This document shows positions 23,139 to 31,958 of a stretch of 64,000 bases of DNA, in pieces. Numbering within the stretch: position 1 is the first letter of the stretch; each line of letters begins with the position of its first letter. Below the pieces are notes generated by a model that was not told where the DNA came from, searched no databases, and saw only the letters and a list, made by a program, of their open reading frames with translations. A program made the translations under genes and the position numbers. This DNA is from Diplonema japonicum. Lineage: Eukaryota > Protista > Euglenozoa: Diplonemea. The stretch lies in NCBI GenBank assembly GCA_964019335.1, contig OZ025672.1:1-64000 (forward strand). Reading direction: 5' to 3'.

Positions 23139-23661
23139 CTATTCTGTTAACTGAATCGTCCAATACTACCTATAGGCGCTCTTGCAACGACCACCACAGC
23201 CATCGCCAACGTGCCAAAAAATGGGCTAAACTCGCACACTGGTGTGAGCTTCAAGGGAGCTAAACGTTTCAGACATGGCGTGCCACACCCATAGGCCTCA
23301 CGACCGGGGAGGGGGACATTTATCTTTCGCCCGTAAGCTAGAGTGCGCATGCATCCCCAGCTCGCTTTGGGAGGTGTTGCCAACACCTGGGTCGCTTCGC
23401 GGTCCGACCTGCTGCCCAATTCAAAGCGCGGTTGCGGTGAATCCAAGCCCCCTAAGCATCGACACGATTAACAAAGGGGTTTGTTACGCCGGGATATCTT
23501 GTTCACCAATGCTCCATACGCCCCCTGTTGCCAGTTCGCCGGATGAGCATACTGCAGGGTCTTCCACTCATCCGTTGCCCGGTGGGTACCACGAGGAGGT
23601 CAGCAACAATTCTATACTTTTGGCCACGTAGGGCCTGTTCTACATTTAGTATAGTCCCACC
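23139..23661 (-). mobile_element. Ribozyme-headed non-autonomous retroelement, or 5' fragment of a non-LTR retrotransposon
   Basis: GC-balanced, hairpin-rich ~520-nt island between A-runs at 23121-23138 and 23665-23686; its 5' end is an HDV-like ribozyme. Confidence 0.6.
23526..23661 (-). ncRNA. HDV-like self-cleaving ribozyme
   Basis: Minus strand: P1 GGUGGGA/ACCCACC; J1/2 stem CUAUACU/AGUAUAG; P2 UGUUGCUG/UGGCAACA; P3 ACC/GGU; L3 UCCUCGU; P1.1 GG within GGGCAAC; P4 CGGAUGAG/CUCAUCCG; J4/2 GCGAA with catalytic C at 23538. Confidence 0.9.
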
Positions 23662-24237
23662 TTGAAAAAAAAAAAAAAAAAAAAAACCCAGAAATTATTC
23701 CACTCTTAAAAATTACTTCACGCACTCAGGGGGTTACTGTTCGGCCTGTTGGGGATCGCCAACTGAGGTGAGCTTATCTAAGCAAGGGTGAAGTAATCTC
23801 AGAGCGCCGTTACTCTTACCATCCTCTCTCTCGATGGTAATGTGCAGAAAGTTATTTCCTTTGTTTGACATTAAAAAATGGCCGACCTTTTTTAATTTTA
23901 TTCTTTTTTTTTTTCTTCTTTTTTAGTAGAATTGCTTGTACAGCTTGCCCTCGACTTCCCCTCAGAAAAAAAAAAAGAAATAGAAAATCGAGAATATTCT
24001 GTGAGTCAATCGACGAAGTTAGGTGCAAAAAGAAAAAAAAACCCCCCTAAAAACCCCTCAGAAAAATAAAAAAAAAAAAAAAAAAAAACGTTTCTTTTAA
24101 AAAAAAGAAGAGAAGAGCAATAAACCGTGTGTTGATACAAAATTCACTGCCAGTCGCATATCCAGTTTGTTTTTGAATCCTGATTTTGAAAAAGCCTTTG
24201 ATCAGGTCGTCTCTGCATCTCAGGGCTAAACATAAAA

Positions 24238-24264
24238 CTCAAAGTGCAGGACAAACCCCCTCAT
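24238..24264. repeat. Dispersed 27-bp repeat, copy 2
   Basis: Identical to 8568-8594. Confidence 0.8.
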
Positions 24265-24363
24265 AAAAAAAAAATACACGTTTTTTCACACTCGTCGTCT
24301 CATTGAAAACAGAACAGAAAGAGCGGCGGACTCTTTTACTTAAGAAAAGCTCTGACTTTTTTC

Positions 24364-24399
<36 letters not shown>

Positions 24400-24734
24400 T
24401 CATTCACACAAAACACATTTCACACACACCCCCTCCTTTTCTTTTCTTTCCCTGAAAACACTTCATCATGCAGCGCCAGTTTGTTGGGGAATACAGCATA
24501 AGACGAAATCTGCTCGAAAAGATAAAAAGAAAAGAAAGAACGAAGAGTTATATCTACGGCCCCTTTCAAAAGATTACAATTCAACATTAGAGGGCAAAAA
24601 AAAAAAAAAAAAAAAAAAAACGAAAAGCCTCCTCTTTTTTTTCTTTGTTTCTTGCTTTCTTTCTTTCTTTCTTTTTCTTTGGTACAAGTGTGTATGAAAT
24701 CTATCTTCCATATCCTTTCCCCCGTGTTGCTGCT

Positions 24735-26927
24735 CTAAAGGCCAGATAGTACATCTTCTCGCCTCTTGAGCAACCTGTAGAGCTTTTCCACAATGGGGGG
24801 ATGCCTTGTGGTGCGGGACCGCCTTTTCGAGTACTTCTTGAAGCTAGCCTCAAGGGCAGCAAGGCTCGACGTGCACCAGTTATTGTATTCCGCTGCAGGA
24901 AGGCGTTCAAGGTGCCGTCTGAACACCACCTCATCAGACATCCAACTCTGCGACGCCTTCGTTTTCGGGAGCTGCAAACCAGCCTCCGTCAGTACAGCAG
25001 GGATGGTTCCGCAATTCTTACGCAACAGCAAATAAGGCGCATAAAGCGTTTGCAAGTCGTTCAAATACAAACTGAGAGGAAGGTGGAGTGACGCCTGCAC
25101 CCATCTCCGGTCGTGACACTGGCACTGCGGGGTCGACCCACAGTGCGTTCTTACAAAATCATGCCGCAGCAAGGACTGGTTGTCATGCCACCCACATGAC
25201 AGTGTGGCCACTGTACGTTCTTCAGGCAGATATCTGCAACACCCTCCTATAAAGTCCTGAAGACTCTCGCTAAGTACTCCTGGAATCCTGAAATCCCCTA
25301 CACACTCTGCACCTTCGGAAAACGCGTCCAACGGCTTGCACCAAGGCCCCTCTCGATGCCCCGTCGCCAGCCTCAGGATCGTCACCCCAAAGGCCCACAC
25401 ATCAATGGACGTGCTGAACTCCTTCTGGTTCACCACCTGCCGCTCGTCCCCTAATGCCAGACTCGACAAATCGCACAAACTGAAAAAGTTCTCGTCTCCC
25501 AAAATATCACTCGTGTTGTCTGTGAGCTCTGGTGCCTGGAAGTCAGGTGTCGTGATGCCCGATGGCGACACGGCCCTCATCTTCTCGCCCCGCTCTCTGA
25601 AATTCGCCGTCTTGGACGTTCCAAAATCCCCTATCTTGACCTGCCCTTGTTTGTTCACAAGTATGTTCGAAGGCTTTATGTCTTTGTGCACGATGTTCTG
25701 CCTGCGCAGTGCGGACAGCCCGCACCCCACCTGCTGCGCGATGGCGGCAATGACCCCCTCGGGCAGGATGCCCTTCTGCGACTCGTACTCGTCGCCCATC
25801 TCGGTGCGCAGCCAACAGAACTCCGCAATCAGCTTCACAACTGACGGTGCGTCTCGCATGGTAAGGGGAAGCTCTCTGAGTGCAAGGCTGCGTGGACAAC
25901 CGCAGGACAAGCTACACCAAACCCCAGCATAGTAAGGGATGGACGTAGAGGTGGGTGTGGTTGTGCATGTCACGGCGAGGAGGGCAAGGACCGCGACGAC
26001 GGGGGAAGGGAGATCAGACTCTGGAAAGGTGTTACAGAAGGAGGTAGGCACGAACAGAGGAGAGGCTAGCTTGCTTGTTTCCCAGGGCTTCAAAGTCAAG
26101 CCGTGTTTCACAGCGAGCTTGCCGTGTGTCTGCTGATCGATGACCGCAGCCATCATCCTCAGGGACTCGAGCGTCCAGTCCATGTACTCCATCACGAACT
26201 CGACAGCCGCTGTTGGTGCTGCTTTCGTCGTTGGTTGGTTGTCGCCGCCCACAAATCGTGCTCCATAGAAAGGCACGAAGTGCGGTCCTGACAACCAGAT
26301 CCGCCTAAGCTCGCCAACGATCGCCGACACCACACTATTCTGTTCTCCTTCTGACTGTGCATCCACGCCCTCCAGCGCGGCGCACAAAGAGGGGTCGAAC
26401 CCACTCCTGCGGAACGGGATCTGCTTCACAGCGTACGGTGTGCCTTTCAGCGTGCGGAACATGAAAACAAGGCCTTGGCCACCAGACCCGACCTGTATCC
26501 TCCTGTGGTCCCCCGGTGGAGGGCAGCATTCCATGATGCACATCAGGCATCCTTTGCTCCTGCAAGGAAACTTGTGAGCCACCGCTGGGATTGCATCCTT
26601 CCTCAAACCGAAGGGGTTTAGTTTGCCTCCCAGAAGAACTACACACAAAGCACCCGCCACAGTTGCGTACTTCGACAGCCCTTTCTGGTGAAGATTTCGC
26701 TGCCTGTTCCTCAGTGCTTCTCCTCTAGGAGGTGGCGCGACGCCACCTGGTGCTGTGAGCAACCTTGCGTTCCTGATGAAAAACAAGTGCTCGCTTGTCA
26801 CGACAGCAAATACAGGCGGTTGCCCTTCATTTCTAATCTTCAACGACGCGCTGGAGCCGCCTACTTTGAGTTCGTCACCGCCTAAACTTAAAATCCTGTT
26901 CCGCGTTATGGCATCGCATAACACCAT
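24735..26927 (-). CDS. Ser/Thr protein kinase, MAP2K/STE7-like, with large inserts
   Basis: GSGGQG, YAVKQI, MEYMD, HKDIKPSNILVNKQGQVKIGDFG, APE and DVWAFG motifs. Confidence 0.9.
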   Translation of the reverse strand: MVLCDAITRNRILSLGGDELKVGGSSASLKIRNEGQPPVFAVVTSEHLFFIRNARLLTAPGGVAPPPRGEALRNRQRNLHQKGLSKYATVAGALCVVLLGGKLNPFGLRKDAIPAVAHKFPCRSKGCLMCIMECCPPPGDHRRIQVGSGGQGLVFMFRTLKGTPYAVKQIPFRRSGFDPSLCAALEGVDAQSEGEQNSVVSAIVGELRRIWLSGPHFVPFYGARFVGGDNQPTTKAAPTAAVEFVMEYMDWTLESLRMMAAVIDQQTHGKLAVKHGLTLKPWETSKLASPLFVPTSFCNTFPESDLPSPVVAVLALLAVTCTTTPTSTSIPYYAGVWCSLSCGCPRSLALRELPLTMRDAPSVVKLIAEFCWLRTEMGDEYESQKGILPEGVIAAIAQQVGCGLSALRRQNIVHKDIKPSNILVNKQGQVKIGDFGTSKTANFRERGEKMRAVSPSGITTPDFQAPELTDNTSDILGDENFFSLCDLSSLALGDERQVVNQKEFSTSIDVWAFGVTILRLATGHREGPWCKPLDAFSEGAECVGDFRIPGVLSESLQDFIGGCCRYLPEERTVATLSCGWHDNQSLLRHDFVRTHCGSTPQCQCHDRRWVQASLHLPLSLYLNDLQTLYAPYLLLRKNCGTIPAVLTEAGLQLPKTKASQSWMSDEVVFRRHLERLPAAEYNNWCTSSLAALEASFKKYSKRRSRTTRHPPIVEKLYRLLKRREDVLSGL

Positions 26928-26986
26928 TTGCTCCTATGTGTTGGCGTGGGAAAGAGAACAGAAAAAAAGAGAAGGGAATAGACTAT

Positions 26987-27886
26987 CTAATGCCAGGCAG
27001 GCCGACTCGCATTTTGCATTTCTATTGCATTCCTGCGTGCCCGTGTCGAGCTCCCTGTTGGGGGCGCGGGGAACATGGATGATATCCGTGCTGGTGGTAA
27101 GTAGTTCTCGGCCTGTCGTGCTGTGTGCACGAACGGAGGCTGTGAGATGCAGTTACCAACAACACGTTTGGGAAGCTTTAGGGGAGCGACAGAGTGGTGG
27201 AGAAGAGGTGCCACGTTGTCTTTTAGATGAGAAGCCATTTTGTGCAGCTCCGAAGTATGGTTCGAAGCGTGGTCATTTGCCAGCTGCAGCGGCTCATGGT
27301 AAGTGTTCCGTGACCCTGGAGGGGCGTGGGGGAACAGTGGTGGCGATCCTGCAATGTGGTCCTGCATAGCTGGGATGTCCTGCATCCTCTCCCTGTTGTC
27401 CCTCTCCTTCTGCAGCCTATCTATTTTTGAATACACTGAAACAGTAGCCTCTCTGCGCTTCTTGTGTATCCTTCCGTGTTCAGGTTCCTCCCCTGAAGGC
27501 TTCCACCAGTCCTTCACTAGCTTCTTACCTGCAGTCTTGTCCTCATGTATGACACTCTCTACCATTTTCTTCCCACGTGGCTCATGTGGTGTTGCAATAA
27601 CCCCCTCAGTAGGAAAGTGTATTTTCCCCAAGTGCTTCCAGTCGACGTCGCTCTTCGTGTAGTTCCTATGCGACCACTGTGTCCTGTGTACCCCTTTTGG
27701 CATTTGTGCCTTGTCCGTCTGTGGGACGCCATGACAGAGCTCATGCAACAAAGCGCCTTCTTTTTTGATATCAGCTTTTTGCAACGTGTCAACCGCCTTC
27801 CGCCCCATCCGCCCGATTGGAAAATCGGGCACGTTGCCAGCAATGTGTCCCACTGTGCAAGGCGGGCGTGGGTCTGCTGTTACCAT
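26987..27886 (-). CDS. Hypothetical protein
   Basis: ~300-aa ORF on the common coding strand; first ATG follows an AAACAG acceptor. Confidence 0.7.
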   Translation of the reverse strand: MVTADPRPPCTVGHIAGNVPDFPIGRMGRKAVDTLQKADIKKEGALLHELCHGVPQTDKAQMPKGVHRTQWSHRNYTKSDVDWKHLGKIHFPTEGVIATPHEPRGKKMVESVIHEDKTAGKKLVKDWWKPSGEEPEHGRIHKKRREATVSVYSKIDRLQKERDNRERMQDIPAMQDHIAGSPPLFPHAPPGSRNTYHEPLQLANDHASNHTSELHKMASHLKDNVAPLLHHSVAPLKLPKRVVGNCISQPPFVHTARQAENYLPPARISSMFPAPPTGSSTRARRNAIEMQNASRPAWH

Positions 27887-27968
27887 ATTCGTGTACAACT
27901 GTTTATTGCTATGTCAAATGACAAAAATACACAAATATACAAATACACAAATACACCACAATGCACAT

Positions 27969-28715
27969 CTAGATACAAGGCGTCAGCCCATTGGCAGCCA
28001 AACGCTGTGCCCTCTCCCTGCGATACTTCGATGTCAGCTTCAGCAAGGTGTCCCTCCACATTTGGAAATGCTCTGCGTCGCTTGTAGCGATGCAGATGCT
28101 GCCGTTCAGTGTGGTGATGACGATGACGTGGAACCTAACAGCATGCGTGATGCCAGGCACGTTCTGAAGGATCGTTTCCGTCTCTATCCTGATTGTGTCC
28201 TGCAAGTGGATCCAATCAGAGACAAAGTGGTTGATGTCATTGCTCTTGCTCCAGTACAACTGCCACCTCTTCCTGTCTAACCAGATGAACCTCCTGTGTG
28301 GGTGTTCTTCCTTCCGCCACTTTAGAAACCATTGCCCCTTCATGAGCTCCTTTACGCCGGTTTCCAAGCTGCTTGTAGCTGATACTTCACTCTTTGCTTC
28401 AGGTTTTTCAGTAGGTCTTGCCAACCAGGCATTCACACTGGGGTGATTACCGGGGCCGTGGGAAAATCTGCTGTACATGTTCTGGTCCTTTGCGCCTTTG
28501 CTACCCTGTGGGGCAGGGGCGTACTTGCCACCCTTCCCTTTTCCGTGCTGTCCATCTCTTTCCGAGTAGCCGCTTTGCCCACCTTGACCTCGTTCAGGTG
28601 CCATCCGGTGCTGCCCTGAGCCCCCGCTGAACCCCCGGCTGTCATTGGTCAGTTGTCCGTAGCACGGTGACGACCACACATCGCTGCTCACGTAACTGTC
28701 CTTCACGACACTCAT
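27969..28715 (-). CDS. PH-domain protein
   Basis: KGQWFLKW...HRRFIWLD...LYWSK...FQMWRDTLLKL; low-complexity N-terminus. Start placed at MSVVKD. Confidence 0.8.
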   Translation of the reverse strand: MSVVKDSYVSSDVWSSPCYGQLTNDSRGFSGGSGQHRMAPERGQGGQSGYSERDGQHGKGKGGKYAPAPQGSKGAKDQNMYSRFSHGPGNHPSVNAWLARPTEKPEAKSEVSATSSLETGVKELMKGQWFLKWRKEEHPHRRFIWLDRKRWQLYWSKSNDINHFVSDWIHLQDTIRIETETILQNVPGITHAVRFHVIVITTLNGSICIATSDAEHFQMWRDTLLKLTSKYRRERAQRLAANGLTPCI

Positions 28716-28858
28716 GTCACCTTTCGTGGTTGCAGGCGAGACAAGAGCAGGAATAAACAACATTTCATCCAAGGGCTTTATACCCTCCCAAAAACCCCCC
28801 TTTTCTTTCTTTCTTTCTTTTCTATGGTTACTACTGACAGCAACCATCCTTCTTCTTT

Positions 28859-29205
28859 CATACTACCCAGGGTTAACCATCACCGTCGGGTCTTAAATGC
28901 CGACTCGAGCTATTTTTAGATTCTCGTATCACAGTAGGGTTTCGGCGGTCTGCGGGAATAAATAACGGTGTGATCGATCTTTCCCAGATAAAAACCGGGT
29001 CGATCCAAAACTCACGTTTCGGGCAAAACATGCCAAGCAGGGCCTTCTGATTTGATGCCCATTCCGACCTCTAAAACTAAAATAGACTTGTTTATGGCCC
29101 AAATATGATTTTGAGCAACAAAACGCAAACAAGCTCCAGAGAACCTGCTCTCGTGTGCGGCAGTTTTAGTTGCCTTCGTCGTCAATTGAAACCCTGGATA
29201 CTATG
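28859..29205. mobile_element. 347-bp MITE with 16-bp imperfect TIRs and a 6-bp TSD
   Basis: CATACTACCCAGGGTT ... AACCCTGGATACTATG (14/16); TTCTTT at 28853-28858 and 29206-29211; related terminus at 8885-8924. Confidence 0.75.
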
Positions 29206-29253
29206 TTCTTTCCTTTCTTCTTTTTTTCCAAACCATTTCTTTCTATCCCCTAG

Positions 29254-30325
29254 TCAGACCTCCATTCGGGATAAGATAGCAGCCAGGTCGGTAAAGCCCT
29301 TCTTGTTTGCAAGGGCCAGGGCAGTTTCATTGTTCTTTGTTTGAAGGTGCACACTAGCATCTTTGGAGAGGAGAAACTCGACTGTGGAGATGTGGTTATT
29401 CCATGTGGCGTTCATGAGGGGTGACCAGCCGTGTTTGTCTTGGGTGTCAATGGGAGCACTGTGAAAGAGCAAGAGGCGTGCTGTGTGCGTGTGGCCGTTT
29501 TCACAGGCGACCAAGAGAGGGGAACTGGTATTCTTCATGTCCGCGCCAACTGAGAGGAGGGCCTCGACGATCTCGTTGTTGCCTTTCTTGGCGGCGAGTG
29601 ACAGGGCGGTGCCATAGTCGCTCTTCACACGCACGTTGGCTCCCTTCTCTATGAGGAGCTTGGCAACATCGACAAACCCACCCATGGATGCAACCATGAG
29701 CGCTGTCCGTCCACTCGCATCGACGGCGTCTATGTTGTTGTCGTACTCCAGCAGTGCCTTCGTCACTTCGTGTTGACCCGCGCGTGCTGCGTACATCAAT
29801 GGTGTCGTCCCTGAGTTGCTTTGTGGTCACAGGTAGATACATACTCCAAGTGTCGCACAAAGTGTGGTCCGCACCAGCTTGCAATAGATACACAACGATT
29901 GGGAGACACCTTGCCACGCAGGCTTCCATGAGCGGTGTGCAGCTGGCCCCGTTGTCCTGCGCATTGATTGGGACACCTGCTTCTAGTAATAGTTGTGTTG
30001 TGTCCAGGTCGCATTGCTTGATCCTCTCGAACAACGACTCGACCGTGCGGGACACCGCACGGTCTTTCAAAAGACACCTTGCGATGATCTGCTTGTCGGC
30101 TTCTACTAGCAGCGTCCCCTCATTCGCGATGCCGATATCACTCAGAGGGAGCTCCTCCTCCTTCAACTCCGTGTCGTCAAGAAACAAATGGCACTTCTTC
30201 ATCTCTATCTTAGCAGTCTTCTCAATTTCATTTTTCAGCCCCCTTACATCCGTGTTTCCTGCCACTTCCAATTCGTACTCGTACCTTCCTACCTTCACAC
30301 GCAGGGTCACAACGTTGTCATTCAT
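29254..30325 (-). CDS. Ubiquitin-like domain plus ankyrin-repeat protein (2 exons)
   Basis: UBL-like N-terminus; repeated TPLM/TALM ankyrin motifs; the two frames join through intron 29811-29844. Confidence 0.9.
29811..29844 (-). other. 34-nt intron
   Basis: GTATGT...ACTCAG; removal gives LCDTW-R-TTPLMYAA. Confidence 0.85.
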
Positions 30326-30518
30326 ATGTCCTTCTAATGTGATGAGCAGCTAGGGGTGAGGGGGAAATAAAATATGTCGCCATTGGAGGGAAACCTTGCG
30401 CTTTCCCTCCAGTTCTACACTACCGGTGTTGCAGCGGTGGGCTCGTTTACTGTACCTCCGCACCTGCAATGGGAAACATAAGAATTGTACAAGGAATGGT
30501 TGTCAAAAGGGGAGGGCA

Positions 30519-31892
30519 TCATGCGAAAGACAACATTTCATCGACGGACGTAATCTTTTCGGCAACCTTGTTAAGCTTCTCACCACGAACCTGCTCCTCG
30601 GCCCTTATGGACTGCCATGTGGACCACGTGGTAGGATTCTTAAGGAGTGGGAGGATGGCGGCAGACCCGGCACCAGTGCACGAAGCATCCTGGTTCGCAA
30701 TCGGTGCATCTGTAGCCATGGTGCCGCCCACTGTCTTGCCGTCAACGTGGGCTGCTAAGATGACTCCCACGGGGCCATTCTTCACCCACCCGCTGCAGTA
30801 CGCTCTTGGTAGCGGCTCCCCGTCTTTCATTATCCTTCCCCCCTTGTCAGAAGGCACCACACCTCTCGCGTTGTCGAACGGCACGGTTTCATCTGTCATT
30901 ACCGATCTGTACCCAATACTTCTCAGTACCATGTCCGCGGGGAGTAGCTCAGTGACCCCCGTGTCCTCCACCTTCCCATTCCTTTCATCGCCCGTCACCT
31001 TCATCACACTCACCACCATCCCTTCTTTCGTTACCTCCACAGGCTTGCGAAGGTACCTCACGTGGAACGATCTCTCTTTCTCTTCATTTTTTGAGTTATC
31101 AAGAATAAGAGAAATGAGTCTCTTGTACTTCCTTTCTAGCTCAGACTCGTCGAAGGACAAGATGCCGTCGTGGATGTGTGTCGAGAGGTACTCGTTAGGC
31201 TCCCCCTTGCCACCTGTGTGACCGAGGGAAAGCATCTCACGAAACTCCTTGATGGTGAAGGCTGTGTTTATGATGCCTCTTCTAGCTACAAGGCTCACGT
31301 TGCGGACACCTGAGGTGGCCAGCTCGGAAAGGGACTCCGATGTAATGTCCGTCGGCTGGAGGAGGGACTGCGGGGCGAGCAAGATGCGTGCGCAGTCGAC
31401 TGCAACGTTGCCATTGCCAACGATAAGCACGTTGCGGACCTCCGAGAGAGGGCGGGATGGAGCAGGGGCACCCGGAAGTCCGTTGTACCAAGACACAAAA
31501 GACCTGGCAGACTGCACGTGTTCATCCTCCCCAGGGATATTTAGCTTCTTGTCGTTATCGGCGCCCGTCGCGACGACCACCTGGTGGTAGTTCTCAAGAA
31601 GCTTCGCCACCGTTACCTCCTTCCCAACTTCTACGTTGCCATAGAACTTCACCCTGTCGCTCATGCCCCCCTCAATCATCTCTGTGAAGGTGTTCCCCAC
31701 ATTCTTCACCTCGGGGTGGTCAGGTGCCACGCCGTATCTTGCCAACCCGAAAGGCACTACCATCTTGTCGTACACGTCCACCTCTGAGCCCTCGATGCCC
31801 TTAAGTGCGGCAAGTGCTGTATACCACCCACTAGGCCCGCCGCCCACTACAGCTATCTTGTGAGCCTGGCGCAGCATGTTCGAGCGCATCAT
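30519..31892 (-). CDS. FDXR: NADPH:adrenodoxin oxidoreductase, mitochondrial
   Basis: VVGGGPSG, PFGLARYGVAPDHPEVKNV, IVGNGNVAVDCARIL, FTIKEFRE, RSIGYRS and GWVKNGPVGVI. Confidence 0.93.
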   Translation of the reverse strand: MMRSNMLRQAHKIAVVGGGPSGWYTALAALKGIEGSEVDVYDKMVVPFGLARYGVAPDHPEVKNVGNTFTEMIEGGMSDRVKFYGNVEVGKEVTVAKLLENYHQVVVATGADNDKKLNIPGEDEHVQSARSFVSWYNGLPGAPAPSRPLSEVRNVLIVGNGNVAVDCARILLAPQSLLQPTDITSESLSELATSGVRNVSLVARRGIINTAFTIKEFREMLSLGHTGGKGEPNEYLSTHIHDGILSFDESELERKYKRLISLILDNSKNEEKERSFHVRYLRKPVEVTKEGMVVSVMKVTGDERNGKVEDTGVTELLPADMVLRSIGYRSVMTDETVPFDNARGVVPSDKGGRIMKDGEPLPRAYCSGWVKNGPVGVILAAHVDGKTVGGTMATDAPIANQDASCTGAGSAAILPLLKNPTTWSTWQSIRAEEQVRGEKLNKVAEKITSVDEMLSFA

Positions 31893-31958
31893 TTTATCTA
31901 AAAGTAAGCGTTTGTCGCTACTGAAATATTTCAAAAACACATATTGGTTAGCCACAGA

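Noticed and set aside
29254-30325. Apparent programmed frameshift between two overlapping ankyrin ORFs
   Set aside because: Explained by a canonical 34-nt intron.
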